A stretch of DNA of 64,000 bases from Selaginella moellendorffii. Lineage: Eukaryota > Plantae > Lycopodiophyta. The notes under the pieces are model-generated. The model was not told where the DNA came from and searched no databases. It saw only the letters and a program-made list of their open reading frames with translations. The stretch spans positions 1,694,446-1,758,445 of the forward strand of contig NW_003314265.1 of assembly GCF_000143415.4 (NCBI RefSeq), read 5' to 3'. The position numbers and the translations under genes were made by a program. Below, in pieces: positions 44,760 through 57,195 of this stretch; position 1 is the first letter of the stretch; the number at the start of each line of letters is the position of its first letter.

Positions 44760-47700
44760 CTAGCAGCGATGTAATCGATCTGCATAGACATCCAGATCCC
44801 GGTAGTAGCCGTCACGGATCTCCTCAGGAGTTGGATCCTGCACGAAAAATAGCTTAGAAACGTGTAGTCCATCCAGGGTCATTAACTTACAATCGGTACA
44901 GCCTTCGAGAAATCAGGTGGGCCGCCTATGTCAGGCAGTAAAACCGGGTTCATAGAATGCACGATGTCCTTGATTTCCTGTGCTCGCAAGATGTCAAGAA
45001 TTCAAGCAAAAACGAATCCAGGAAACTTACATCTCCCGTCATTTTTATGTTTAGCTCCAGTTCACGGGCTAGCCTCTCCAGGATGTGTCTATTGTTTTGC
45101 AACGCCTTCATGGCCATCTTTTCTGTGTCGTCGATAAACTGCCAAGCACCAAAAGCTTGAAAGGTTTGAAATAAAAGTTTCGTCATCACTCACCATTTGG
45201 ATTTCTCTGCCTACAAGTTCTGAAACCTCGAGAGTCATCGGAATCACGATGGAGCGGGGATGATTCCACTGTCAAAACAGCATTCTCACATAAGATAACT
45301 TAGGAAACAGACAATACGTACCGTCATTGGGTAGAGCTCTTCTGGTCGAGGACGTGGACGCGGTGGAAGCGGTTTCCTTGCTACTTGCAAAAGTCCTAGG
45401 TTTCGATTTTCCGGGTGCACGGCACATTCCCTTGCAAGCTGGAAAGAAATTTTTCAATGAAGTAGATAGAGCATTTTGAAGCACAATTACCGCAGATATC
45501 TTTTCGAGGTCGTCAGTCCATCCATCAGTGATGTTGTCGCCAAGCAAGAGAATCTCTGCTCCACGACCCCCATGAGCCACTATCATCTGGGCCTCGAAAT
45601 ATCCGATTGTTCCACCGTACTCAAGCATGTCTTCTGAGGGGTAAAACACGGACAGCGAGGACTCTGCGCCTCCAGGCAACAAATGCGTAAACGCATGCCA
45701 ATCGAAACGAGGGAAAAGATGCGCTAGCAGAACATGGCCAGCTTCATGAGCTGCCAGTAGCCTTTTTGTTTCCGGCTTCACCTGACAATTGAAAAGATAT
45801 TAGTGCAAGTAGAAACTAAGAATTATTTCACACTGACCTTTAGTTCCGACTCTTTCTGTTGTTCCTGAGTAACTGTCATGCCTATTCCTTCAAACAGCTG
45901 TTTCTCCAAAACATCTAAAAGATCACTTTGCTGAATGTATGCGCGACCTTTTTGCTTCTGCAAAACCAGGACCAGGTGAAGAGCAGCACATCAGAAACAA
46001 AAAAGCATACCGCATAAACAAAAATCTCGTTCGCAAAGTTTTTGAGATCGGCCCCTGAAAACCCTCTGGTGCGGTATACAACCTGCGTAAGCGTAAGTGA
46101 CAGACAATAAGAATCTGAGACGTGCTACCTTTTCAAAGTCTACGTCATCGGCTAGCTTGTATTTTGCAGTGTGTACTTTGAAGATTCTTAGCCTCTCTGC
46201 TTCTTTGGGCAATCCCACATGAATCTCGCGATCGATTCGTTGACGCTGTAGAAATGCTTCGTGCAGATCGTCTCGACGGTTTGTTGCACATATCAAAATA
46301 AATGCCTGCCGCGGAGCAAATCTGTGTACTTCCGTGTCGATCTCCCTGTCTCAAGGAAATGAAACGTAAGCATTTTAGACACTGATATCGGTCCTTACAA
46401 GCCATCTAGCTCCTTTATAAGTTGTTTGAAAGTTTTCAGCCTCCTCGGATCCTCATCGACTTGCTTTCCCGCCAATGCATCAATCTCATCGATAAAGACG
46501 ATCGAAGGTGCCTGAGAACTTACACATGTCAATTACTTCAATCCCATCAGCAATGAAAGGATACTTGCATTGGCCCTGGCAGTAAAAAAGAGGTCGAACA
46601 CTTTTTTAGGACCGGGGATTTCAGAATCTCCAAACTCTGAGCCTGAGGCAAATATGAATGGGAGCTGAAGTTCCCTCGCCATTGCCCTTGCGATATGAGT
46701 CTTGCCAGTACCCGGAGGCCCATGTATCAGTATACCCTGGACGACTTAAAAACATTACATAGACACATGTTATCGTTGCTTACCCGAGGAATGAAACAAA
46801 ATTTATCATAATATCGCATTGGATCGCTCAAGTAGTTACCGATTTCCTCCACCACCCTCCACACTGTGTGGCTTACTATCACATCATCGAAAGATGGGAA
46901 GCCGGCTTCTTCAGCTTGTTCTGGCTGTCCAAATTTTCAGGAATAATCCCAAGAAATTGAAGTTTGGAGTTTAAACCATACCAGAACGATGCTTGATGAT
47001 TTCATTTTGATAAGGTCCACGATCTTTTCAGATGCATTTCGCCGGATGTTGAAAATTGTATTGTCCAGCTTCAAAGCAATGAAAAAACAAGGGAGAAGAA
47101 TAGCGTAGGCACGCAGTATGTTACGTAACCCGCTCTCAGGAATTGTATCCACTTCCACCTGAAACCTTTGCAGCGCGTCATTTAGATAAGGATCTGCTGG
47201 AGCATCTACCTGCAATGTGGCTGTTTCAGGAGAATAGCTAAATGCTGATATTTACCACAAACTCGGAAGGAAATCCTTCTTTCATTGTCACGAACAACCG
47301 AGTCCGGTCTTGGCTAAATACGGCACTTTGAACCTGCAAAAAATACTAGGAGCATTATAGAACAATCCTTTCCTTGCTAATGCTTACCTCCATTCTCTCC
47401 ACTTTCTCAAAAAAATCGAAGTACGGCATCTTCGGCCTGTATTTCCACCACCTTCTGGCAGCCCAGAAACCCCTCCCATATTGCGGAGGAATGACCGGCT
47501 CTTCTTTTTTCTCAGCAATATCCTTGGCCATCTCCTCGCTGTCCAGGAGGACAACATACTTGCTTGTTAACGCATCAGTGTCTTCCTTGATGCTTTCTTT
47601 CTCAAGCATGTCCTCTAGTTTCGTCAGTCTTTCTCTCCACGTAAGCTTCTCGTTGGTTCCAGTATCTGAAACGAAGGAAGGAGATCAGGAGGGAATCGAT

Positions 47701-48686
47701 ATATCGGTTTTCGTGACCTTCGGCGCTTTCGTTCAATTCTTGCGCTGCCGCTGCTTCATCGTCCCAAGCGTGCTCTCCAACGAACGAAGAATCGTGACGA
47801 TAACTCCCATCGGGTTGCAGTAGATGCTTTCGTACGCGAACACCGCCAGGCATATTTTCTCGCCATTGAAGCTTCTCCAGCCTATTCCAAACAAAACAAC
47901 AGATCCATCAAAAGACGTCTTCGAGACAAATCTAGCTTACTTGTGAACGTTTTCCAACGTTGGTTCTGGAATCGTGGCCTCCAAGTACGCTTCAGTCAAT
48001 TCCTTGGCCTCTCTTTTGCTTAGCCGAGGTGTGGTTGCCGCTACGTAGAGACCTCGGAAGGAACCAATGACCAGTAGAAGGTAAAGAACAAGCGCTCCAA
48101 TGTGTTGAGCATCCAACTTCTGAGAAACAAAACCAAAAACAATACTGGTTTGAGAATCAACATCAATCTGCTAGAGAAATCATACCTTCCATCGCTCCCA
48201 TTGGTGCCAGGCTACGATTCGAGGCCATACCTTAAGCCTGAAATCCTCGAGCAGCTCATCACCTTCGTTTCTAGCGACTTCCAATCTTCCTCTAGCGTCT
48301 TGCGCTGTTGACGCCGCTCTGTCAAAGACATGAGACGCATTCTCGCGTAATTCCTTGTACCGAGCAGTCACGACCTCCTTAATCTTCTCTACATCCACCC
48401 CAGCCTCGGTTTCTAGATCCTGGACAAAATTCCCGTAATATCTGCTCAGCGCGGCTCGCAGCCTTCGATTCCACGACTGCTCCGGCACCGATTGGTCGTC
48501 ACTACTCAGCTGCGCGCTAGGGCGAGCTCGAAATCTACTCCTAGAGCCTGCATTTATCCTCTGGACGTCGCTGCCAAACGATCTATCCACAAAATCAGTA
48601 CCGCAAGGTCGACCTAGCACTGGCGCCGGGAGATGGAATGTCGGGGATGCTCTAGAGTGAGAGGCGCCATAGCCGAGAGCTTGCAT
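44760..48686 (-). CDS. FTSH12: chloroplast ATP-dependent zinc metalloprotease FtsH12
   Basis: Transit-like N-terminus, RRWWKYRPKMPY..F, VTMKEGFPSEF, GILIHGPPGTGKT, FIDEIDAL, ICATNRRDDL, RLLAAHEAGHVLLAHLFPRFDWHAFTHLLPGG (FtsH12-specific as recalled); stop TAG at 44760. Confidence 0.9.
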
Positions 48687-49014
48687 TGCTCTCGGGGTGT
48701 AGGGCTTATGCTAGCTAGATGCTCGGCGAATATTTACGAGGTATATTCTCCAGACTATTCAATTAAACCCTAGCCCACCCAAAATGGGGGATGCAACTTT
48801 AAACCTAGTAAAATACATAAATAAAATAATGTTACATGGCTAAATTGCTACATCATTTAAAAATTTTGCCCACTTTACTTTTGCTATTGTGTGAGTGTGT
48901 AAATTTTTAGAAGGGACTTTTTAGTGATTTGAGAAAGAAATTTGCAAAAAATGAAGAATTACTCATTTTCAGTTCATTAATAATTCAAACTTATATAAAT
49001 ATGAAATTTTGTAG

Positions 49015-52000
49015 TGTGAGGGCCAAGTGTACGACTATGATGCCATATACTAATATTAGCATAATAGATTTTGGTAACTGTTAGATTGATTTCAATCCGG
49101 ACCATTCGCTCCTGTATATAAGTTAGGGTTTTTGGGTTAATTTATATGCATATTTTCTGTATTCCCTTTCCATATTCTAAACACTCATATTGGTGAAGAT
49201 GAAGGGCACCTTTGATTGTCACTGAGGAGTGCTCACATTTGGGATTTTGGTTTAGATCTAGCTTTTGCATTGTTTAGATCTAGCTTTTTCCATTTCATTT
49301 CTTTTGTTTTTTCCTTTCAGAATTTTGGTTTAGATCTAGCTTTTTGCATTGTCTAGATCTACCATTTTCTTCTAGCTTTTTGTCATTTCTCTTCTTTTGC
49401 TCTTTCTTCGTTCGTCTTCATGGCAGATCAGCAATCTCCTTCTTTGACTCTGGAGTAGCAGTTAGTACAATTGCTTGATGCTATGCGTTTGCAATTGAAT
49501 AACTAAACTTAGTTGATAGAGGCATTCACGGCACATGGTACAACTCCTCCTGCTCTTGGTGCCAATCCTCGCGTTCGGCCAGAGTTCTTTCACGGGAATC
49601 TTGGGGATGATATGTACCATTGGTTCAATCACTTCACAGTGATTGCCACATATCATTCTTGGGATGATGCTTGATATTTGCGTGAGTTTCTCACGTGTCT
49701 TCAAGGGATGGCATTACAGTGGTACAATGGTTTGAGTGCAGCCACTCATAGGGATTGGAGTGTTCTCCCGAACATCTTCAAACTCACCTTTGGACATCCC
49801 GATGACTGTGATGATGCCTTCCAACAATTGCATCGTCTTCGCCAAAGGCCATCTGAGTCGATGATGCAATTTGGTGTTTGTTTCCGAAGTCTTTTGCTTT
49901 ATGCGGAGCCAAATATGTCGGAGCGGATCAAGCTAGGAATGTTGTGGCAAGCACTTTGTCAAGATCTTGTCGAACTTGTGCATGCACTTGCTCCCGCCAC
50001 CTTTGACGATGCTCTTCGCTTGGCACAATGTTATGAAACATTGCATCTTGCTACACGTCCTTCAGTTCCACTTCCTATGGGTGATGGTCCCATTTCAATG
50101 GAGGTTGATGTTGCTTCTACTCGAGTCCAAAGACAAGGGCGAGGACGTGGTCATGGCCATGATGTTCATTGCTAGACGTGTGATGAAGTTGGTTATATTT
50201 ATTGGCATTGTCGGCGTTTTCCGGATTGCCAACCTCCATTTCCTAGTTGGAAACCTTGGCATTAGCAACGTCCCGTTAGTGTTGCTGTAGTGGAAGATTT
50301 GGACACCAAGCTGCATCCGGGAAATGAGGAGTTGTGCGAGTAACGGAGGGACCTTGCACGAATAAGTTAGTGACCCCTTTATCTTTCTTTCAAGAGTATC
50401 ATTAAGGGGTTCACTCGGCACCGGTTCATCCAATGTTTACTTTCCAAGCTCGTTTTTATAACAAGAGGTCTCCTATTATTCTTTCCATATTGGTTGATAC
50501 AGGTTCGAATTTATCTTCTATTGTTCGACTTGTTGCCACACGTTGCCATCTACACTTGCGTCGTGCGGTGGAACCAATTTTCATTCTTTATGGAAAACGG
50601 CCGTACACATGCATGTGCACGGGATGAAGTGGACTTGGTTATGTGTGTGGGTGATCTCGAGTTTGAGTTGTAGTTATTGCGGGTGGTGCCAAATCAAGCT
50701 TTTGACCTCATTCTTGGTATGGATTGGTTTGAGCGCAATCATGCCAAGTGTGACTTTGAGGCTTTTTCCCCTTGTCTTATACTTCCTTATGTTTCATCCA
50801 TTCTTCTCACTTCCATACCTCTTCGTCCCTTTATTTCTACTTTTGCTTCCATTACTTTTGTTCCCTTATTATTTCCTCCTATGTTTCCGTTTTATTTTTC
50901 TCTTCTCTTTTCCAATCCCTCTAATGATCTTTGTGTTTCAGTGGTTGACCGGCTCATGAAAGAGTATTTTGATCTCTTTGAATTTGACCTATTGTCCGGG
51001 GCCAAGATTGCCACACGTCATCCGATTCCAACTGGGGATGCTTGTCCAATCAAGGTTCCTGTTCATTGTCGGTCACCCAAGGAGATCAAGATTTTACATG
51101 CAAATGTCAAGGAGATGTTGGAGAAGGGTGTTATTCGGAAGTCACAGAGTCCTTAGGCATATGAACCTCATCTTGTGATGAAGCTTGATGGGAGTATTTG
51201 GTTTTGCATCGACTATTGTTCATTAAACAAAGTGACGATCCCAGATGTGTACCTTCTTCCTCACATTGCTGATCTTTTGGATTGTCTAGGGCGAAGTTGT
51301 TAGTTCACCAAGCTAGATCTTGCTTCTGGGTACTGGCAAATACCGATGGTCGAAGAACATATTCTTAAGACTACTTTTCATACATCATTTGGTTTGTACA
51401 AATTCTTCGTGATGCCGTTTGGTTTGAATAATGCTCTAGCAACTTTTTAGCAGATGATGGATGAGGTTCTTTGTGATATGCCCAAGGTGACTGCTGACTT
51501 CATTAATGATGTTTTGATCCACTTGGAGGGGACGTGGGAGGAGCACGTTCATGATGTTTGTAAAGTGTTGGATTGGCTATGCAATGTTGGTTTAAATTTG
51601 AAGCAATCGAAGTGTGTGTTTGGGTCCAAAAACACTACTTATTTTGGGTACCATATTTCTCGTGAGGGTTTGCAAGTTGATCCTAAAAAACTTGTGGCTG
51701 TTCTAAAGTTCCCTACTCCGAAATATGTGAATGATGTGCAACGCTTCTTCGGCAAGGTGTAGTATCTCAGTTGTTTTGTGGATCATCTTTTTGATTGCAC
51801 TGCATTGTTGTGAGCATTGTTGAAATCATCAACATCATCTTTCATCTGGTCTCCGGATTGTGAGTGAGCATTCAGAGCTATTGAGCTATTGAAAGAGCTA
51901 TTGAAAATTCCTCCAGTTTTGGCATATCTTGACTACACTTGACCTTTTATTTTGCATGTGGATGCTTCTAACATTGGTCTTGGAGGTGTATTGATGCAAA

Positions 52001-52029
52001 AGAGCTTGAGTGTGCCTGGTTAGCAACAT
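49015..52029 (+). mobile_element. Ty3/gypsy LTR retrotransposon A (degenerate; putative 5' LTR ~49015-49189, gag-PR-RT-RNaseH), interrupted by element B
   Basis: TGTGAG..CTCATA short LTR followed by TGG; gag (LQGMALQWY, QRPSESM, PISMEVD, CCHC remnant); protease LVDTGS; RT ([28 protein letters not shown]); RNaseH (HVDASNIGLGGVL); many stops. Confidence 0.88.
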
Positions 52030-52405
52030 TGTTAAGACCCCTAACAAAATCAAGACTGGAAAATGCAGAAGACAAAGAGAAAAGCTAGTGGAAACGAAGA
52101 AAATGCCTTAAACTGGTGTTGATTCAGATTGTGGAGAAATGGAACAAGGCTAACCTATATATACTATAGGTTGATGAAGCTCCACCACTCTTGGATCGAG
52201 GACGGCCTAAATATAGCTGAGGTCGAGGAGGCGCCATGTCATCATTAGGAATGTGGCTTGAGACTCAGGAATCGTACGGGAAATCAGAGAGTCAAGAATA
52301 GGGAAGTGTCTCGAGAGTTAAGAATAGGGAAGTGTCTCAAGAATCAGGAATATGGTCTGCAGGTCGAGATTCAGGAATGTGGCAAGAATTGGGGGATTTC
52401 TGACA
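52030..52405 (-). repeat. 3' LTR of element B (376 bp) with adjacent polypurine tract 52406-52420
   Basis: Minus strand reads PPT TTGAGGAGGGGGTGC then TGTCAG...TTAACA. Confidence 0.85.
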
Positions 52406-54618
52406 GCACCCCCTCCTCAAGAATGAGTGGAATAAGGACGTGAATGAGAACAAAGAGGAGGATGAAATGGGCGGCATGGGACGGGAGATGGAGAAAAAGA
52501 ATGAGGACTGGGATGAGAAGGATAGCGGCGGTGGAAGTCTTGAACAAGGTCAAGAGAATGAATCAGGTTGTCCGTAGGTTCCCAAGTGCGTTCCTTAGGT
52601 CCGTAACCCTTTCAGTCTACCAGATAGTAGAGTTTAGACCGTGAGATCTTGGAATCAAGGATGTTTTGAACCTCGTACTCAGACCCATCCTCGAGCTGCA
52701 CTGGTGGAGGTGGAGGAATGACCTGATTTTGGAATAGGACTGGGAATATAAGGCTCAAGGAGAGAGGAGTGAAAAACAGGGTGAATGTGATATGAGGAGG
52801 GAAGTGCAAGGCGATAAGTGACAAGATTAATGATGGCAGTGATAGGGAAAGGACCAAGGCGTTTGAAATCGAGTTTGGGACATGACCTGGTGGTGGAGAT
52901 ATTTCACCTGAGGAGCCAGACTTTATCCTCGATATTGTAAGGGGGACAATCCTGACGATGGACATTGGCAAATGTTTTGTGAGATTCATGAGCACGATGG
53001 AGGTGGAAGGAGATGGAGTTGTGGATTTCCTGGAGGTTGGAGACAAATGCCTCAAAGCGGGGATTTGAATGAGAGGATTCGGATGGAGAAGGAAGTGAGA
53101 GATTGAATCGGGGATTTTGGCCAGAGTTCGCAAAGAAGGGGGAAACTTGAAGGGAGGAGTGAACAGAATTGTTGTAAGAGAATTCAGCAAGGGGAAGGAT
53201 ATCGAACCAGTCATCCTGATGATAGTTGATGAAGCATCTCAGGAATTGTTCCAACGTCTGAATCATTTGCTCGGACTGTCCATCAGTTTGAGGATGATAC
53301 GTCGAAGAGAGGTTGGCCTTCACTCCAAGCAACTGCAAGAACTGTTGCCAGAAATGAGAGATGAATTGAGGTCCCCGATCCGAAACCACATCTGCAGGAA
53401 TCCCATGAAGTTGGAAAATTTCCCTGAATACCAGTTTTGCCATGTCCTCGCCCGAAAAGTCCTTGGTACACGGCAGGAAGTGCGCCATCTTTGTGAAGCG
53501 ATCCACCACAACTAAAATGCTGTTAAAGCCTCTAGAACTCGGAAGATCACTCAAGAAATCCATGAAGATGGATTCCCAAAGACATGAAAGGACCGGGAGG
53601 GAACGAAGCAAACCTGAAGGAAGGTGGCGAGGTACCTTATTCTGGGTGCAAGTGTCATAGGAGATAACAAAAGCTTTGATGTAGTCATCCATGTGAGGCC
53701 ACCAAAAGTCCCGTGCAACCAGCTCATAGATTTTCGCAATGCCAAAGTGACCAACAGTTGGGCTATCGTGGCACGCCATCAGGACCAACCTTCGAGCATC
53801 ACCTTCAGGAATGTAAAGTTGCTCCCCACAGTACAACAAGCCATCTAAGAACTCGAACTCGTCAAATTGCTGGTAGTCGAGAGTCACTGGGTGTCCAGCC
53901 TGAAGATGGGGGAAAATATCGCTGGTGAGGTCGTCGGATTGAAGATCTTTTCTGATAGCATCCATCAAGGAGGAGTCCTGAGGGGCCAGGGAAATTGCCA
54001 TAACTTGAAGCCGATCAGGACCGAGGATAACCTGATCCTGTTGATCGAAGGCAAGATTACCAGGCTTGAGACTGAGATAGGAGTGCCTTGAAAGAGCATC
54101 AGAAAGGCCCTGAAGCTTTCCAGGTCTGTACTTGATAACAAAGTCAAACCGACTCAGGAATTGTGCCCACCTTGCTTGACAAAGGCTCAAAACTCGGGAA
54201 GTGGCAAAGTACTGGAGATTTTTGTGATTCATCCAGATCGTTGTTTGATGGCTCGCCCCGTCCAAGAAACGACGCCACTCTCCAAAGGAATCCACGATGG
54301 CAAGGAGCTCCTTATCGTGGATTTCATAATTGATCTCTACAGGCTGGAATTTCCGAGAATGGAAAGCAACCAGATGAAATTCCTAATCCGCTATGAGTTG
54401 AGACAACATAGCACCGATGGCAAAGTCAGAGGCGTCAGCCTCGATGAAGAAAGGTTGTGAGGGATCAGTGTGGGAGTAGAATTGAAGGCCGCCTTGAGTG
54501 TGTCGAAGCCCTGCTAGGCAGCAGCAGACCAAGAGAAGGGAACATCCTTGGGAGTGATATCTGTGAGAGGAAGGACAATGTCAGAGTAGTGATCAATGAA
54601 GTTGCGGTAGAAGCTGGC

Positions 54619-56258
54619 TGTGAGACACAAAATCCCTAGGCCCCAAAGTGGAGCCGAAAGGGTGGCACATGGTAGTGGCCGAAGTGAAAGCCAAACGAAT
54701 GTAACACATTTGGACTAAAAGCTCCGACTTGAAAGGTCAAGAGTGGGAGTGGAACTCCCAATAAAGTGCTCGAGGAACAAGCACAAAGCAAGCAATAAGT
54801 GAGTTTATAGAAAAGGGACACAAGAGGAGTCCAAGATGGACCGAGATGGAGTCCTAGATGGACCCGAGATGGAGTCCAAGATGGACCCGAGATGGAGTCC
54901 GAGATGGAGTCTGAGATGGAGTTCGAGATGGAGTCCGAGATGGAGTCTGAGATGGACCCGAGATGGAGTCTGAGATGGACCCGAGATGGAGTTCGAGATG
55001 GAGTTCGAGATGGAGTCTGAGATGGAGTCTGAGATGGACCCGAGATGGAGTCCGAGATGGAATCTGAGATGGAGTCCAAAGTCGAGATCGAGACCGAGAC
55101 TGAGACCGGGACCGGGACTGGGACCGAGACCGGGACCGGGACTGGGACCGAGACCGAGGCTGAGGCCGAGACCAAGCCCAAGCCCAAGTCCGAGTCCGAG
55201 TCCGAGTCCGAGTCCGAGTCCGAGTCCGAGTCCGAGTTTGAGTACGAGTCCAAGTTTGAGTCTGAGGGGGTGAAAGCCCAAAGCATTCGTCTCCTAGACC
55301 CTGAGGGGTTTGGTGAGCTCCAAAAGTATAGTAAGGGGAGGACTCCAGTGGAGCCAGTTTGGCCAGGAAATGCTAGTTTGTCCCAGGAAGGTTGTACCTA
55401 GGTGGTTGGTGATGGGATAACCACTGGGAAGTCCAAAGCTAGAGTGAATACGGACCGATAAGTAAGGTAGCTTGGTGAAGTGTTCAAAAGCCGACTCTAG
55501 TTCCCCCGGGAGATCGAATGGTCGATGCTCCCAGTCCAAGTGTGGGTGGCACTACCTACTTGAATACCTCGCATGGCTCAATGGAACCTCGCTCTAAACC
55601 CATGGCTAGAGCACCCAAAGGTGGATGGCAGGGAGAGTACCTATGAGGCTCGCGTAGGGCCATGGTGTTCCGAAATGTTGTCCCAAATGCCTAGACTCTG
55701 GAAAGGAAAAGGAGTAGTCCTCTTGTGTAGTGACCAAGGATACAGTCGGGTGGTGAGGAAGTCCCAGAGGACTGTGGGACTTAGTGGTCAAGCCTGTGGG
55801 CCTTGATCCAGTGGTGGCGAACATGGCCATGGGCAGAAAGGGACTTGGTGGGGACCGGAAAAGGGTTATTGGGGAAGGCTATTCTCCATGTTTGTGGGCA
55901 TCCTAAGGATGCTAAGGAGTGGATCTGAGATGATCACTCATGGATGGATGGCCCAATCTTTGAGAGACAGGGCTGTGATATAGGTGGTGTCAGACCACCT
56001 ATGTGACCAAGGTGAATGGGTATGGCCTTAGTGTAACGGGCTGATATGTCGGTGGTACTTTAGGGTGCCAGTCATGGGATCAGACACGTGGAGCACTTGG
56101 ACAATATGCAATGGTTGAGTGGTATGGATGCCATTCTTAGGGCTAACAAATCCCTAAGTCCAAAATAGGACTTACGGAGGTTGTGAGTGAGACTCCTCCA
56201 AGTGGTCGGAGGTGTGGTTAAGTGACTAAAGTAGAATGGAAAATTTTAGTCGCTTACA
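54619..56258 (+). repeat. 5' LTR of element C (~1.64 kb) containing GAGATGGAGTCC / GAGTCC / GGGACC tandem arrays
   Basis: Direct repeat of 60324-61848; ends gtcgcttaCA followed by the PBS. Confidence 0.88.
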
Positions 56259-57058
56259 ACTTGGTATCGGACTTGTTCCTTAGTCCGACTTTTATTGGTG
56301 CTCAAGTATATCACCACTAGTGTTGGCATCAGAAGGTCGTAGGAGTGGGCCTATCCTTGAGGTGTAGCAGGTCGGGAAGACATGGCTCTCCATTACAATT
56401 CAAACTTGTAGACGAGGTGGTGGATAGAAAAGGGCCAATAATGGAACGACTTCGGGATCTTGGGAACAGTGCAAAGTTTTCCTTATTGAGTTAAGGAGGT
56501 GATCCAGATGAGCATTTGACTCAGCAAACTGGCTAATGTAGTTGTGGTAAACAACTATAGTTGGGATCACAGGGAAGATAGAGACTCCAAAACGATAAAG
56601 GAGTCACAAGATTACCCTCATGAAATTGAGGCTGGTGCCCATGAATTTGAGACCAGAATTAATGACCGTGGGAGGTCAAATGCGGATGAGGACATAAGTC
56701 CTTGGAATGGTAGCCGGGCTACCTTGAATAAATGTTGGAACAACCCCAGGAGTTGGGGGTGTGTTTAGAGGATGAATCAATATTCTCATCATATGGACGG
56801 ATAGTCCTAACAGGCGAAGGTAGCCCACAATTATCGAAAAATAGTAAGTGTTGGAATAACACTTATAATGGTGGTCCTGGTGAGTAGGACATGAATACAA
56901 GAAATTGTATTCCAATGAACTGGCACCTCAATAGTAAAACCTTATAGGTCTGGGGATTAGGAAAAGTCCAAAAGGCTGAATGACTTAAGTGGAGTCAAAA
57001 AATGGTCCTAAAGGACTAATGGAAGCATTTGGACTGAGGTGTGTTGTGCCCCACGGAG

Positions 57059-57195
57059 GATGGGGAGGATCATAAGATCCAAATATGAGAACAGTGGGTA
57101 TGTCATGGGTGGCAGAATGAGCCACGAAGGATGGGGAGGATCATAAGATCCAAATATGAGAACAGTGGGTATGTCATGGGTGGCAGAATGAGCCA
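57059..57195. repeat. near-perfect ~70-bp tandem duplication inside element C
   Basis: ggatggggaggatcataagatccaaatatgagaacagtgggtatgtcatgggtggcagaatgagcca occurs twice head-to-tail. Confidence 0.9.

Noticed and set aside
54830-55080. Short regularly spaced repeats superficially like a CRISPR array
   Set aside because: No unique spacers, units of 11-12 bp, eukaryotic LTR context and no cas genes.
54636-55401. Low-complexity ORFs (SDSDSD, LGLGLG, ESESES, PSPSPS), also at 60303-60866
   Set aside because: By-products of stop-free hexamer arrays in the LTRs; open in several frames at once and not conserved between the two LTRs.
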